DNA of 64,000 nucleotides from an uncultured delta proteobacterium. GTDB lineage: Bacteria; Myxococcota_A; Polyangia; Polyangiales; Polyangiaceae. The position numbers were made by a program, and so were the translations under genes. Shown one piece after another: positions 18,771 to 29,229 of the stretch. Below the pieces are notes generated by a model. The model saw nothing but the letters and a program-made list of their open reading frames with translations. It did not search any database and was not told the origin of the DNA. The stretch lies in NCBI GenBank assembly GCA_963782055.1, contig CAWAIF010000003.1:3744001-3808000 (forward strand), read 5' to 3'. How positions within the stretch are numbered: the stretch's first letter is position 1; every line of letters begins with the position of its first letter.

Positions 18771-21020
18771 TCAGTCGACGGTGATGGTGCCGCCGCAGGG
18801 GACGTTCACCTTCTTCTCCTTGCCCGACGAGCCGACCTGCACCTTGTGCTCGCCGCACCGGACGGTCAGCGGGTGGTCCCCCTGCCCCTTCACGTGGCCG
18901 TCCAGGTAGACGCGACGGTCCTTGGCCCACGAGGGGAAGTCGATGACGCCCTCGGTCGGCGAGGGCGCCGCGGCGACCGTGGTGGTGTCGGACGCGGAGG
19001 GCGCGGCCGTGACCGTGGGCGTGGCCGTCGCGACGGCGTGCGACGCGGCGGTGGTCACCAGAGGCGGCGCGGTGTCGGCGGCGGTGCTCACCGTCGTCGT
19101 CGCGGTGGTGGCGTGGTCCGTCTCCGCCGGCGGCGCGGTGGGCGCGACGCTCGACGTGTCGACGGTGGACGCCTCGGCGCGGTGCTGGACGAACCAGATG
19201 CCCACCGCGGCGGCGCCTCCGACCGCCACCAACACGCCGGCGATGATCCCGAACACGAGCCCGCCGCTGCGGCGTCCGGCCGCCGCCGGCAGCACGGGAG
19301 GCGGCTCCCCGAACGCCACCGGCGGGGCGAAGCGCGCAGGCGCGGCGGGCGGCGCGAACGGCGGACCCGCTGCGGCCGGCGCGAAGGGCCCGGCTGACGC
19401 GGGAGGCCCGAAGGCTGGCCCTGGAGGCGGAGACGCGACCGCCGGACCGGCTGCCGGCGGAGGCGGGCCCGCTGGCCCCGCCACCACGGGCAAACCAGGC
19501 GCGGGCGTCGCGGGCGTCGGCGGCGCGGGCGCGGGCCGCGCAGGCGCGGCAGCGGGCGCCCTCGGTGACGGCACCGGCGGCGCCTTCGCCCCGAGGGGAA
19601 CCGTCTCCCCGAACCTCACCGGCGAGGGCGTGGTCTTGGCGAAGGGATGCGGCGGCGCGCCCGGCGCGGCGCCGGCCTTCGGCGGGATCTCCAGGGTGGA
19701 CGCCGCATCCGAGGGGGTGTCCGCCGGCACCACCGAGATGGGCGCGAAGCCCTGCAGTGTCGGCTGGCTGAGACCGACCGCGCGCGGCGGCGACGACACG
19801 GGTCGGAAGCCGCTCGGGGTGTTGCGGCGCACCGGGTCCAGCGCGGCGGCCGTCGTGGCGAGCGCGGCGGCGCCACCGCGAGAGGGGGCCTGCGGCCGCG
19901 GCGGCTCCTGCGGCGAGAAGGACTGGGTGATCGGCCGCGGCACCGGCGGGCGCGGGGGCGGGGGGGCCGGCGCCGGCGACGTGGCCGGCGCGTCCGCCAG
20001 ATCGAAGGACGGCAGCGAGGCGGCCTCAGCCTCCACCGTGGCGCGCATGTCCTCGGCGATGGTGTCGCTGAGCGACTTGCGGCCCGCCGGCGCGAGCTGG
20101 CCGAGCACAAGCGCCAGGCGCTGTCGCGCGTCGTCCAGGTCGATGTGCGCGCGGAGCAGCGCCACCATCTCCTCCGCGGTGACCGCGCGCTTCGCCGGGT
20201 TGGGCTCCAGGCCGCGAGCGACCGCCTCGCGGATGGCCTCCGGCACGTCGGGGCGCAGCGCGTCGAGCGAGGGGAGCTTGGGCTCGGCCATCGCGCGCAG
20301 GACCTCCATCTCGGGGAGCTTGTCCGCCATGATGGCCTTCTTGCGGGCGAGCAGCTCCCAGAGCACGAGCGACGCCGCGTAGACGTCGGTGCGGATGGTG
20401 ACGCGCTCCCCGCGCACCTGCTCCGGCGCCATGTAGCCGTACGTGCCCTTGATGAGGCCCTGCTTCGTCTCCCCCTCGACGTCGGTCCCGGTGATCTTGG
20501 CGATGCCGAAGTCGGCCAGCTTGGCGTGGCCGTCCCACGGGATGAGCAGGTTGGACGGGTTGACGTCGCGGTGGATCACCGGCGTGGGGTTGCTGGTGTC
20601 GGGGTCGCGCGCGTCGTGCGCCGCGGCGAGGGCGTCGAAGATGCGCGCGGCGATGAAGAGGCTCGCGCGGTCGTCCAGCTTCTGGCCGCTCTGGTGGACG
20701 TGCGTCAGCAGCTTGGCGAGCGAGACGCCGTCGACGTACTCGAGCACCATGATGAGCTGCCCGTCCGACGTGAAGAAGTCGAAGAGCTTGACAATCGCCG
20801 GGTGGCTCAGGCGCGCGTAGGCGGCGGCCTCCCGCGTGAACATCTTGGCGAACTCGGGGTCGGTCTGGTGCTCGGAGAGCAGGCGCTTGAGCACGACCGT
20901 GCGCTCGAAGCCGTGCGGCCCCTCGGCGCGGGCGAGCAGGACGTCGCTGGTGCCGCCGGTCGCGAGTCGCTTGACGAGGCGAAAGCCTCCGATGCGACCG
21001 AGCGTGACGTCCTCGTCCAC
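18771..21020 (-). CDS. Membrane Ser/Thr protein kinase with Pro-rich linker, TM and PEGA-like C-terminus
   Basis: VVLKRL, HRDVNPSN, DFG, GTYGYMAPEQ; TM GLVFGIIAGVLVAVGG. Confidence 0.92.
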   Translation of the reverse strand: MDEDVTLGRIGGFRLVKRLATGGTSDVLLARAEGPHGFERTVVLKRLLSEHQTDPEFAKMFTREAAAYARLSHPAIVKLFDFFTSDGQLIMVLEYVDGVSLAKLLTHVHQSGQKLDDRASLFIAARIFDALAAAHDARDPDTSNPTPVIHRDVNPSNLLIPWDGHAKLADFGIAKITGTDVEGETKQGLIKGTYGYMAPEQVRGERVTIRTDVYAASLVLWELLARKKAIMADKLPEMEVLRAMAEPKLPSLDALRPDVPEAIREAVARGLEPNPAKRAVTAEEMVALLRAHIDLDDARQRLALVLGQLAPAGRKSLSDTIAEDMRATVEAEAASLPSFDLADAPATSPAPAPPPPRPPVPRPITQSFSPQEPPRPQAPSRGGAAALATTAAALDPVRRNTPSGFRPVSSPPRAVGLSQPTLQGFAPISVVPADTPSDAASTLEIPPKAGAAPGAPPHPFAKTTPSPVRFGETVPLGAKAPPVPSPRAPAAAPARPAPAPPTPATPAPGLPVVAGPAGPPPPAAGPAVASPPPGPAFGPPASAGPFAPAAAGPPFAPPAAPARFAPPVAFGEPPPVLPAAAGRRSGGLVFGIIAGVLVAVGGAAAVGIWFVQHRAEASTVDTSSVAPTAPPAETDHATTATTTVSTAADTAPPLVTTAASHAVATATPTVTAAPSASDTTTVAAAPSPTEGVIDFPSWAKDRRVYLDGHVKGQGDHPLTVRCGEHKVQVGSSGKEKKVNVPCGGTITVD

Positions 21021-21029
21021 GACGCCCCG

Positions 21030-21596
21030 TCAGTCCGGCTGCCCTTGATCGGCCAGGTCCTTCTCGACGGCGTCGAGCAGGACGTTGGCGCGCGCCTCGT
21101 CGATGCCCAGACCCTCCGCCAGGCTGTTGAGGACCTCGTTCTCCTCGTCGGCGATGGCGTTGTCGGCGAAGGCGATGGCCGCCGCGAGGACGAACGCCAC
21201 CTCCGCGCGCGCCTCGTCGTGCGCGAGCGCGGAGACCACCTCCTCCATGCGCTTCTCGCGGCCCTCGCTGCCCACCTTCCGCGAGGCGTCGTCCAGCATG
21301 GACTCGATCTGGCTGCCGCGCAGCGTGTCCCCGGAGAGGTTGCGCAGCGCGCCCTTGAGGACCACGCGCTCCTCGTCGGAGATCTCCCCATCGGCGGACA
21401 TCATCAGGTACATCGCCTCGCAGAGCGGGCCGTACTCCGCCACCAGCATGAGCGTCTCGGCGAGATCCGGCGTGACGTTCGCCGGCATCGCGATGCTCGG
21501 GCGCTGGCCCTTGGTGCGGAGCTGATCGCGCAGCCGGACGACGGTCGATGTGGAGAGCCAGAGCATGCGATCGAGCGTAGCCGTTTTGTCGCGCAA
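21030..21596 (-). CDS. TerB-family protein
   Basis: EAMYLMMSADGEISDEE and AAAIAFADNAIADEENEVL are the two TerB-like acidic motifs. Confidence 0.8.
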   Translation of the reverse strand: MRDKTATLDRMLWLSTSTVVRLRDQLRTKGQRPSIAMPANVTPDLAETLMLVAEYGPLCEAMYLMMSADGEISDEERVVLKGALRNLSGDTLRGSQIESMLDDASRKVGSEGREKRMEEVVSALAHDEARAEVAFVLAAAIAFADNAIADEENEVLNSLAEGLGIDEARANVLLDAVEKDLADQGQPD

Positions 21597-21632
21597 TGGG
21601 CAGCGCCAAACCGCTATGATGCGGCGCGTACC

Positions 21633-22967
21633 TTGCCCACGACGAGCCCCTCACTGCCCGACAAGATCGGCCGCTTCGATGTTCGCGCCAGGCTGGCCGA
21701 CGGGGGCATGGCCCACATCTACGTCGGCCGGCTGAGCGGCCCGGCGGGCTTCGAGCGCCTGGTCGCCCTCAAGGTGATCAAGCCGGAGTACTCCAGCGAC
21801 CAGAGCTTCGTGAACATGTTCCTGGACGAGGCGCGCATCGCCGCGCGGCTCTCGCACCCGAGCATCGTGCAGGTCTACGAGCTGGGCGAGTACGAACCCG
21901 GGCCGCCCTCGGGGGACGTGCCGCCCTCCCAGCGGCCGCGCAAGCAGCTCTACATCGCGATGGAGCTACTCTTTGGCGAGTCGCTCTGGGACGTGTGGTT
22001 CACCGCGCAGCGCCGCAAGGACCCGCTGCCGGCGGACCTCGTCGCGTGGATCGGGGCGCGCGTGGCGGAGGGGCTGCACCACGCCCACGAGCTGGTGGAC
22101 GGCGGCGGCGTGCGACAGAACGTCGTCCACCGGGACATCAACCCGTCCAACATCTTCGTCACCTACGACGGGCAGGCGAAGATCATCGACTTCGGCCTGG
22201 CCAAGGCGAAGAACCGGATCACCGAGACCGGCCTCGGCGTCATCAAGGGCAAGGTGGCGTACATGGCGCCGGAGCAGACGCGCCACAGCAAGGACGTCGA
22301 CCACCGCGCCGACATCTTCGCGCTCGGCGTGACGCTCTGGGAGCTGACGACCAACCGCCGCCTCTTCAAGCGCGGCGACAACGTGTCCACGCTCGCCGCC
22401 GTCTCGGAGTGCAAGGTCCCCGACCCGTCCACCTTCGTGCCGGACTACTCCCCTGCCCTGTGGGAGATCCTGAAGAAGGCGCTCGCGAAGAACCGCGACG
22501 AGCGTTACCAGAGCGCGAAGGAGCTCGCCGACGCGCTGGATGCCTTCTCCCGCAGCCGCGGCCGGGTGGTGACCGCGGCGACGGTCGCCGCGACGATGGA
22601 GACCCTCTTCGGCGCCCAGCGGCAGCGCTACATGTCCTTCCTCGAGGAGGTCAAGAGCGAGCGGCCGGTGCCGAAGGAGGCGTTCCGCCAGCCGTCCGAC
22701 GGCGACGAGAACGCGGTCATCGTCGGCGCCGAGGTGGACAAGGACGCGAAGGCGCCGCCGGTGCCGAGCGTGCCCCTCACCGGCAAGAAGCTGGAGCTCG
22801 CCGAGGTGGATGGCGACGCGGAGAAGCGTCCGGACCCCTACGCGCCAGCGCCGCCCCCTGCCGCCCCGGACGTGCGACTGAAGGAAGATCGCCGCGCGTG
22901 GATCGCCGCGGCCGTCTTGCTGGTGGTCGCCGTGGTCACCGTCTGGTGGGCCACCCACCGGCTGTAG
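21633..22967 (+). CDS. Ser/Thr protein kinase with C-terminal TM anchor (TTG start inferred)
   Basis: LADGGMAHIY, VALKVI, HRDINPSN, DFG, GKVAYMAPEQ; C-terminal hydrophobic helix. Confidence 0.9.
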   Translation: MPTTSPSLPDKIGRFDVRARLADGGMAHIYVGRLSGPAGFERLVALKVIKPEYSSDQSFVNMFLDEARIAARLSHPSIVQVYELGEYEPGPPSGDVPPSQRPRKQLYIAMELLFGESLWDVWFTAQRRKDPLPADLVAWIGARVAEGLHHAHELVDGGGVRQNVVHRDINPSNIFVTYDGQAKIIDFGLAKAKNRITETGLGVIKGKVAYMAPEQTRHSKDVDHRADIFALGVTLWELTTNRRLFKRGDNVSTLAAVSECKVPDPSTFVPDYSPALWEILKKALAKNRDERYQSAKELADALDAFSRSRGRVVTAATVAATMETLFGAQRQRYMSFLEEVKSERPVPKEAFRQPSDGDENAVIVGAEVDKDAKAPPVPSVPLTGKKLELAEVDGDAEKRPDPYAPAPPPAAPDVRLKEDRRAWIAAAVLLVVAVVTVWWATHRL

Positions 22968-22971
22968 GCCC

Positions 22972-25900
22972 TCAGTCCTCCAGCTTGAAGAGGTCTTCCA
23001 GGTCCGACTTGGTGAGCTTCTTCGCGCCGCCCATGTCCTCGCTCAGCACGGCGCCGACGAGCTCGCGCTTCTTGCCGCCGAGCTCCAGGATCTTCTCCTC
23101 GATCGTTCCCTTGGCGATGAGCCGGTAGGTGGTGACGACCTTCGTCTGGCCGATGCGGTGGGCGCGGTCGGTCGCCTGGTCCTCGACGGCGGGGTTCCAC
23201 CACGGGTCGAAGTGCACGACGGTGTCGGCGGCGGTGAGGTTGAGGCCGCTGCCACCCGCCTTGAGGGAGATGAGGAAGACGGGCGCGCCGTCGTCGCGCT
23301 GGAAGCGCTCGACCACGGCCTGGCGGTCCTTGGTGGAGCCGTCCAGGTACTCGTACAGGACGCGGTCCTCGTCCAGCGCCTTCTTGATGAGCGTGAGCAT
23401 GCTGACGAACTGGCTGAAGACGAGCACGCGGTGCCCGCCGTCGACGCACGTCTGGATGAGCTCGCGCAGGGCGACGAGCTTGCCGGAGTCCTCGTCGCCG
23501 AAGTCGCGCGGGAGGCCGAGCAGGCGCGGGTCGCACGCCGCCTGCCGCAGGCGGGTGAGACCGGCGAGGATCTCGGATCTGCGACTTGGCGATGCCCTGG
23601 CGCTCCACCTCGTTCAGCACCTGGGCGCGCACCTCCTTGAGCACCGCGGCGTAGAGCGGCGCCTGCTCGCCCGCGAGCTCGCAGAACTGGTCGGCCTCGA
23701 TCTTCGCCGGCAGGTCCTTGGCGACCTCGCTCTTGGTGCGGCGAAGGATGAAGGGGTGGATCGTGGCGCGCAGGCGCTGGGCCACCTTCGGGTCGCCGGC
23801 GTCGATGGGGCGCGAGTAGCGCTCCTCGAACTTGTCCAGCGGGCCCAGCAGGCCGGGGCTGACGAAGTCGAAGATGCTCCAGATCTCCGACAGGCGGTTC
23901 TCGATCGGGGTGCCGGTCAGGGCGAGCCGCCGGTCGGACTTCATCCGCTTGGCGGCGCGCGCCGTGGCGGACATGGGGTTCTTGATGTTCTGCGCCTCGT
24001 CCAGGATGCAGTAGCGCCAGTCCATCCTGGCGAGGAGCTCCTCGTCGCGGCGAAGGAGCGCGTAGCTGGTGACCACCACGTCGGCCTCGTCCAGCTCCTC
24101 CTTGCGCTCCTTGCGGCCGCCGCCGTGCCACAGGTGGTACTTGAGCGACGGGGAGAACTTGTCCATCTCCTTGAGCCAGTTGGTCACGACGCTCGTCGGC
24201 GCCACGATGAGCGCCCGGAACTTCTTCTTCTTCTTGTCCTCGCTCTTGTCGTCGGCGGCCTTCACCGCGAGCATCAGCGCGATGGTCTGCACCGTCTTGC
24301 CGAGGCCCATGTCGTCGGCGAGGACGCCGCCGGAGCCGATCTCGTGCAGGAACCAGAGCCACTGGAAGCCGGCGTCCTGGTAGGGACGCAGGTGCGCCTT
24401 GAGGGTGCGCGGCTTCTTCGCGCCCTTGATCTCGTCGATCTCGCGCAGCTTCTTGAAGAGGTCGCGCGTGCCCTCGGTGAGGTTGGAGCGCCCCACCTGC
24501 AGGAGCAGCTCCTCGATGCGGCCGGCCTGCGAGAGCGGGAGCTTCTGGCCGTTGCCGCCGCTGGTGGCGAGGATCTCCGCCTGCCGCTGCAGCACCGCGC
24601 GCACCTTCTCCGGGTCCAGCCGGGCGAAGGAGCCGTCGGAGAGGCGCACGTACTTGCGGCCCTCCGAGAGGCAGCGCGCCAGCTCCTCCTGCGTGACGGG
24701 GATCCCCTCCGCCTCGAAGCTCATCCGGAGAGAGAGCCAGTCGACGCCGCTGGAGACGCGGACGTTGGCGCCGAGGGTCTCCCCCCGCACCTGCACGTCG
24801 ACGAGGTCGTCCGGCACGAAGAGGTCCCACTCGTCGGGGAGGGTGGTGATGCCGTCGGTCCAGAAGGTGATGGCGCCGTCCCCGCGGACGACGAAGCCCT
24901 GCCCTTCCTCGTCGGGCTGGAGGCCCAGGTCGCGCAGGCGGCTGGCGGCCTCCTGCTGCGCGGCGATGTCGCAGCGGATGCAGCGCGCCCGCTTCTGCGA
25001 CCCGCCCTCCGGCGGCTTGACGATCACCGGCGGGGTCATGCCGTCGGCGCGCACGTCGATCTCGACGTCCTCGTAGGCGGCCCGCAGCGACACGACCGCC
25101 TCGGTCAGGGCGCCGCCGGCGCGCATGCGGAAGGTGGGGACGAGGTCGACCACGTCGGCCACCTGCGAGAGATCCGGCAGCTCGGCGCCGACCTCCAGCG
25201 CCACCCTCGGCAGGCCCTGGCCGATGAGCGCGGGCAGGCCCTCGATGGGCTCGTGGATCACCGGCATCCGCGCCAGACGCCGGATGCTCGCGGGGGACAC
25301 CCGCTTGTCCACCGGCCGGGCCACGCCGTCCTGCGGGTCGACGTGCCATCCCGGGCTGCCGTCGAACCAGGCGCCCTGCCCCGCCAAGAAGCGGCGCGGG
25401 TCGCCGGGGCGGGTGAAGCTGGACTTCACCAGCACCACCGTGCCGTCCTGCGAGAGCTCCAGATCGAAGCGCGGGCGCAGCGGCTCGTCGCCGAAGCGCA
25501 GCTCCATCATCTGCGGCTCGACGATGACGCGCCGGCCCTTCAGGACGGCGAGGAGATCGCACGCGTCCTCGCCGCGCACCTCGATGCCCGGGCGACGCGG
25601 GCCCTCCGCCTCGAAGCGGGCGAGCATGCGCAGGGCGTCGCGATCGGCGGTGGGGTGCTGCGCCTGCGGCACCATGAGCGCGCTCGGCAGGAGGGGCGCG
25701 CGGGTGTCGGGGTCCATCACCGTGACCGTGAGCGACGGCTGCGGCCCGGTGCGGACGTGAAGGCGGTATTCGAGCTGCTTGGGCAGCGGGGGCATGGGCT
25801 CGTTGAGCCACGCCTCGACGCCCGTCTTGCCGTCGGTGCCCTGCCGCGCGAGAAGTCCGGCGGCCGCGACCTGCGCCTGCTTGAGCGCGCGCGCGCGCGC

Positions 25901-26347
25901 CCTGCGGCTGCGGCGGCCGCCGCCGCCTTCCGGCACGGGCATGGCGTAGGCGCTCACGCCGTTGGGCCCCGCGGTGACGGCCGGCAAGGGCGCGGCGGCG
26001 ACGCCGCCCCCCGACGCCTGGGGCGCCTGCGGCTTGGGCGGCCGGAACTGATCGCGCACGGCGATGAGCAGCGCGGCGACGTGCTTGCAGTGGCCATTGA
26101 TCTTGGAGAAGGCCGGACAGGTGCAGCTGGAGCTGATGCCCGTCGGCGCGAGCTGGATGGTGACGTGGTAGGGCTCGCTGTCGGTGCCGCGGACGTCACC
26201 CCTCGCCGCCCCCTCCTCGATGACGACGTTGTCGACGGCGTGGCGCCGCACGTAGTCGTAGCCCCGCAGGAAGGCGCGGGCGCCCAGAAGGCGGCGGAGC
26301 GCCCGGTCGTTGAGCGTGGAAATCGCGTCCGTGAAGGGAGTGGCCAC
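22972..26347 (-). pseudogene. SWIM zinc finger-SNF2 helicase, interrupted by a +1 frameshift near 23574 (real lesion or sequencing error)
   Basis: CTC...CKHVAA SWIM motif, LADDMGLGKT, DEAQ, TGTPIEN. The helicase C-domain (LVFSQF, SLKAGGSGLNLTAAD, QATDRAHRIGQ) is in another frame; removing one base restores KSQIQILAGLTRLRQ. Confidence 0.85.
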
Positions 26348-26670
26348 TCGTCTCGCGCGCCTGCGCGCCCTTGCTCGTTATCGTGTTTCCCGAACGCGCC
26401 CGGGGCCCGCAGCGGGCGGGCCTGGCGTGGATGTCCGCGGCACGGACCAGAGCGCTGGTGGGGCGCGCTCCCCCTCTCCCCGGCGGCCTATCGGCTCGGG
26501 GGCGGGCTTACGCCGCCAGAACAGGCGGCGCCGCGGTGAACGCGACCGACCAGGGCCGAAGGCCGAGGAAAGGTCGTGAAAATGCACACCTCGAGTGCTC
26601 CGTAGCACCGCTATCTGTCCGTGGCAACACTCCCTTGCTGCCCCGCCGGGAGCGGGATACCACCCCAGAC

Positions 26671-27489
26671 ATGATCCGCCCCGTCCGAGCCGCCGCAATC
26701 CCCCGGCCCGCGCCCGCCGGGCGGCCGCGCCGGAAGGCGACCCTCGCCCTCGCCCTCGCCGTCGTTTGCATCGGCTGCAACGTGCCGGTCGCCAACGGTC
26801 TGGACGACGACGACGCCAACCGCATCGTGCTCGCGCTGGATCAGGCCAGCATCGACGGCGAGAAGGAGCCGGACCCGCAGAGCGAGGGGAAGATGCGCGT
26901 CATGGTCCCGCGCGACGACGTCGCGCGCGCGCTCTCCGCCATGCGCGACCAGGAGCTGCCGCGGCCGCGGCCGGCGGGCGTGCTGGACGCGATGGACAAG
27001 GGCGCGCTGGTGCCGAGCGAGGCGGCGGAGCACGCGCAGTACGTGGCGGGGCTGTCGGGGGACATGGAGCGCTCGCTGGAGAGCGTCGACGGGGTGCTCT
27101 CCGCCCACGTCCACCTCAACCTCGCCGCGCCGGATCCTTTCGGGGACGCGCCGCTGCCCAAGACCACCGCGAGCGTGCTGCTGGAGCACCGCGGGTCCAC
27201 CCCCCCGCTGACGACAGAGGCCGTGCAGCAGCTCATCGCCGGCGGCGTGCGCGGCCTCGCACCGGCGGACGTGGCGGTGGTCATGGTCTCGCGCGCGGCG
27301 CCCGCGCGGCGGAGCGGCGCGGCGGCGCTGGCGCACGTCGGTCCCATCGCCGTCGCCCGCGGGTCCGCGCGCACGCTGCAGATCGTCCTGGGCGCCCTGG
27401 TGGTTTTGCTGGCGGCGCTCGCCGCCGCCGCGCTCACCCTCTGGGTGCGGCTCGGCCGCGTGCGGGCGGCGCTCGAAGAAAAGCACTGA
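26671..27489 (+). CDS. sctJ: SctJ/YscJ/PrgK (FliF-related) ring-forming lipoprotein
   Basis: Lipobox-like CIGC, then GLDDDDANRIVLAL, LVPSEAAE, LESVDGVLSAHVHL, ASVLL, LIAGGVRGLAPADVAVV and a C-terminal TM helix. Confidence 0.85.
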   Translation: MIRPVRAAAIPRPAPAGRPRRKATLALALAVVCIGCNVPVANGLDDDDANRIVLALDQASIDGEKEPDPQSEGKMRVMVPRDDVARALSAMRDQELPRPRPAGVLDAMDKGALVPSEAAEHAQYVAGLSGDMERSLESVDGVLSAHVHLNLAAPDPFGDAPLPKTTASVLLEHRGSTPPLTTEAVQQLIAGGVRGLAPADVAVVMVSRAAPARRSGAAALAHVGPIAVARGSARTLQIVLGALVVLLAALAAAALTLWVRLGRVRAALEEKH

Positions 27490-27492
27490 CTG

Positions 27493-28272
27493 ATGGCGGC
27501 GAGGTCGCAGGCGCCGGACATCGCCCTCGCCCTGCGGGGCGTCAGCAAGGCCTTCCGCACCCTCGCGGGGTACAACCATGTCCTTCGCGACGTGTCGCTG
27601 GAGGTGCCGCGGGGCTGCCTCTACGGCCTCATCGGCCCCGGCGCGTCGGGCAAGAGCGTGCTGCTGAAGATCCTCGCCGGTCTGGTCAAGCCGGACCGCG
27701 GGACCGTCCACGTCGACGGTGAGGATCTCACCGCGCTCTCCGAGATCGAGCTGCAGCGGGTGCGCCTCAAGCTGGGGATGCTCTTCCAGAACAACGCCCT
27801 CTTCGACCACATGACGGTGGCGGACAACATCGCCTTCCCCCTGCGACGGCTGTACGCGCTACCCGACGAGGAGGTGCGCGCGCGCATCTCGGAGCGGCTC
27901 ACCCGCGTCGCGCTGCCCGGCTTCGAGGAGCGGATGCCGGGCGGGCTCTCCGGCGGGCAGAAGAAGCGCGTCGGGGTGGCGCGCGCCACCGTCACCCGCG
28001 CGCCGATCATCCTGTACGACGAGCCGGCGGCGGGGCTGGACCCGGTGACCAGCCAGAAGATCTTCGAGCTGCTGCGCGCGGAGCAGCGGGACGCCGGTGC
28101 GACGGCGGTGATGGTCTCCAGCGATCTGGACCGCCTCCTCACCGTCACCGATCGCGTCGGCATGCTCTACAAGGGCGAGCTCATCTTCGACGGCACGACC
28201 GAGGAAGCGCAGACGAGCACCGAGCCGCGGGTCCGGCAGTTCGTCCACGGGCTCGCCGAAGGTCCGCTGTGA
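27493..28272 (+). CDS. mlaF: MlaF/Mkl-family ABC ATPase (H-switch His replaced: VSSD)
   Basis: GPGASGKS, LFQNNALFD, LSGGQKKR, YDEPAAGLDP, VRQFVHGLAEGPL. Confidence 0.88.
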   Translation: MAARSQAPDIALALRGVSKAFRTLAGYNHVLRDVSLEVPRGCLYGLIGPGASGKSVLLKILAGLVKPDRGTVHVDGEDLTALSEIELQRVRLKLGMLFQNNALFDHMTVADNIAFPLRRLYALPDEEVRARISERLTRVALPGFEERMPGGLSGGQKKRVGVARATVTRAPIILYDEPAAGLDPVTSQKIFELLRAEQRDAGATAVMVSSDLDRLLTVTDRVGMLYKGELIFDGTTEEAQTSTEPRVRQFVHGLAEGPL

Positions 28273-28413
28273 GTCAGGGGGCACCACCCGGCGCCACGGC
28301 CGCTCGTGCCCGGCGCTGGTGCTCCACCCGGGCCGCTGCTGCCGGATGCACGGCGCCGCGCCGGCGGCTCCGCTCGTCTCGGTGTGGCGCGGCGGCTCTC
28401 GAGGGACGTGTCC

Positions 28414-29022
28414 TCACGCGCTCGGCGCGGCGAGCGCGAGTGCGCCATCGAGCTCGCGCCGCCGCTGCTCCTCGCGCGCCCGGGCGCGGCGGGCTCGGTC
28501 GAGGTCCCGTCGCACCCAGGCTCCGCACTCGGTCAGCCGGTCGAGCTCGGCCTGATCGCCGAACCCGAGCCGGATGCGCATGCAGAGCGCCTCGATGTGC
28601 CTGCGCGCACTTGCGCACCGCCGCGCATCGGGCCAGCGCCGCTCACCCGGCGCGAGCGCGCCGTCCAGCGCGAACCCCACGTGCCCCACGAGCACGAGCC
28701 CGTAATACGCCCGCCGGACACGCCGGCGTCCCTCGGCCGTGAGCGCGACGATCACCTCGCGCCCGACGCGCCGCCGGCTGACGAGCCCGATCGTCTCGAG
28801 CGCCCGCATCATCTCGCTGATCGTCGCCCGCGCCACCCCGAGCCCACGCCGCAGATCGCTCTGGTAGTGCGCGCACCCCGTCCCCAGCCGGTAGAGCGCG
28901 TCGAGCACATCGAACCGAGCCGCGGTGAGCCCCATCGCCCGAAGCGCCCGCCGAGTGAGCCGGAGCGTCGCGTAGTACGCCCGCTTGATCGTGAAGAACA
29001 CCGGATCCAGTCCCGCCATCAT
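28414..29022 (-). CDS. MarR-family winged-helix regulator
   Basis: GLTAARFDVL, QSDLRRGLGVARATISEMMRALETIGLVSR, VALTAEG. Confidence 0.7.
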   Translation of the reverse strand: MMAGLDPVFFTIKRAYYATLRLTRRALRAMGLTAARFDVLDALYRLGTGCAHYQSDLRRGLGVARATISEMMRALETIGLVSRRRVGREVIVALTAEGRRRVRRAYYGLVLVGHVGFALDGALAPGERRWPDARRCASARRHIEALCMRIRLGFGDQAELDRLTECGAWVRRDLDRARRARAREEQRRRELDGALALAAPSA

Positions 29023-29229
29023 CCCCACCCCCAAAGCACCCCCCATGCCACCCCCCCCTCCCCACGGATCCCCGCAGAAACGTCGGAGTGAAAGGACCCT
29101 TGCACTTCGACGCTGGGTGTCCGGGGACAGGAAGGGGGGACAGGGGGACGGGGGGGGCCGCGGGCGGGCGGCGGTTTCTTTGGTCGCCCTTCGCGAACGC
29201 TCATCGGGTCCGCCGGGCGCGCGCCGCCG

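Noticed and set aside
19647..22967. Apparent 1106-aa kinase fusion
   Set aside because: The first 660 or so codons are antisense to the kinase and TerB genes; the real protein starts near 21633. The same applies to the extensions of 29592-33299, 10111-12483, 12713-14377 and 48408-50921.
23560..23590. Programmed ribosomal frameshift in the SNF2 gene
   Set aside because: No slippery heptamer or homopolymer; a simple one-base insertion explains it.
18771..26347. Anti-phage defence island (kinase + TerB + SNF2)
   Set aside because: Composition matches the host, the kinases are typical membrane signalling kinases, and there is no nuclease, methylase or mobility gene.
26671..27489. Complete type III secretion or flagellar cluster
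   Set aside because: Only the SctJ-like gene is present; no export apparatus, ATPase, secretin or flagellar genes are recognisable.
28273..29229. Insertion sequence or prophage remnant
   Set aside because: No transposase, integrase, terminal inverted repeats or target-site duplication found.
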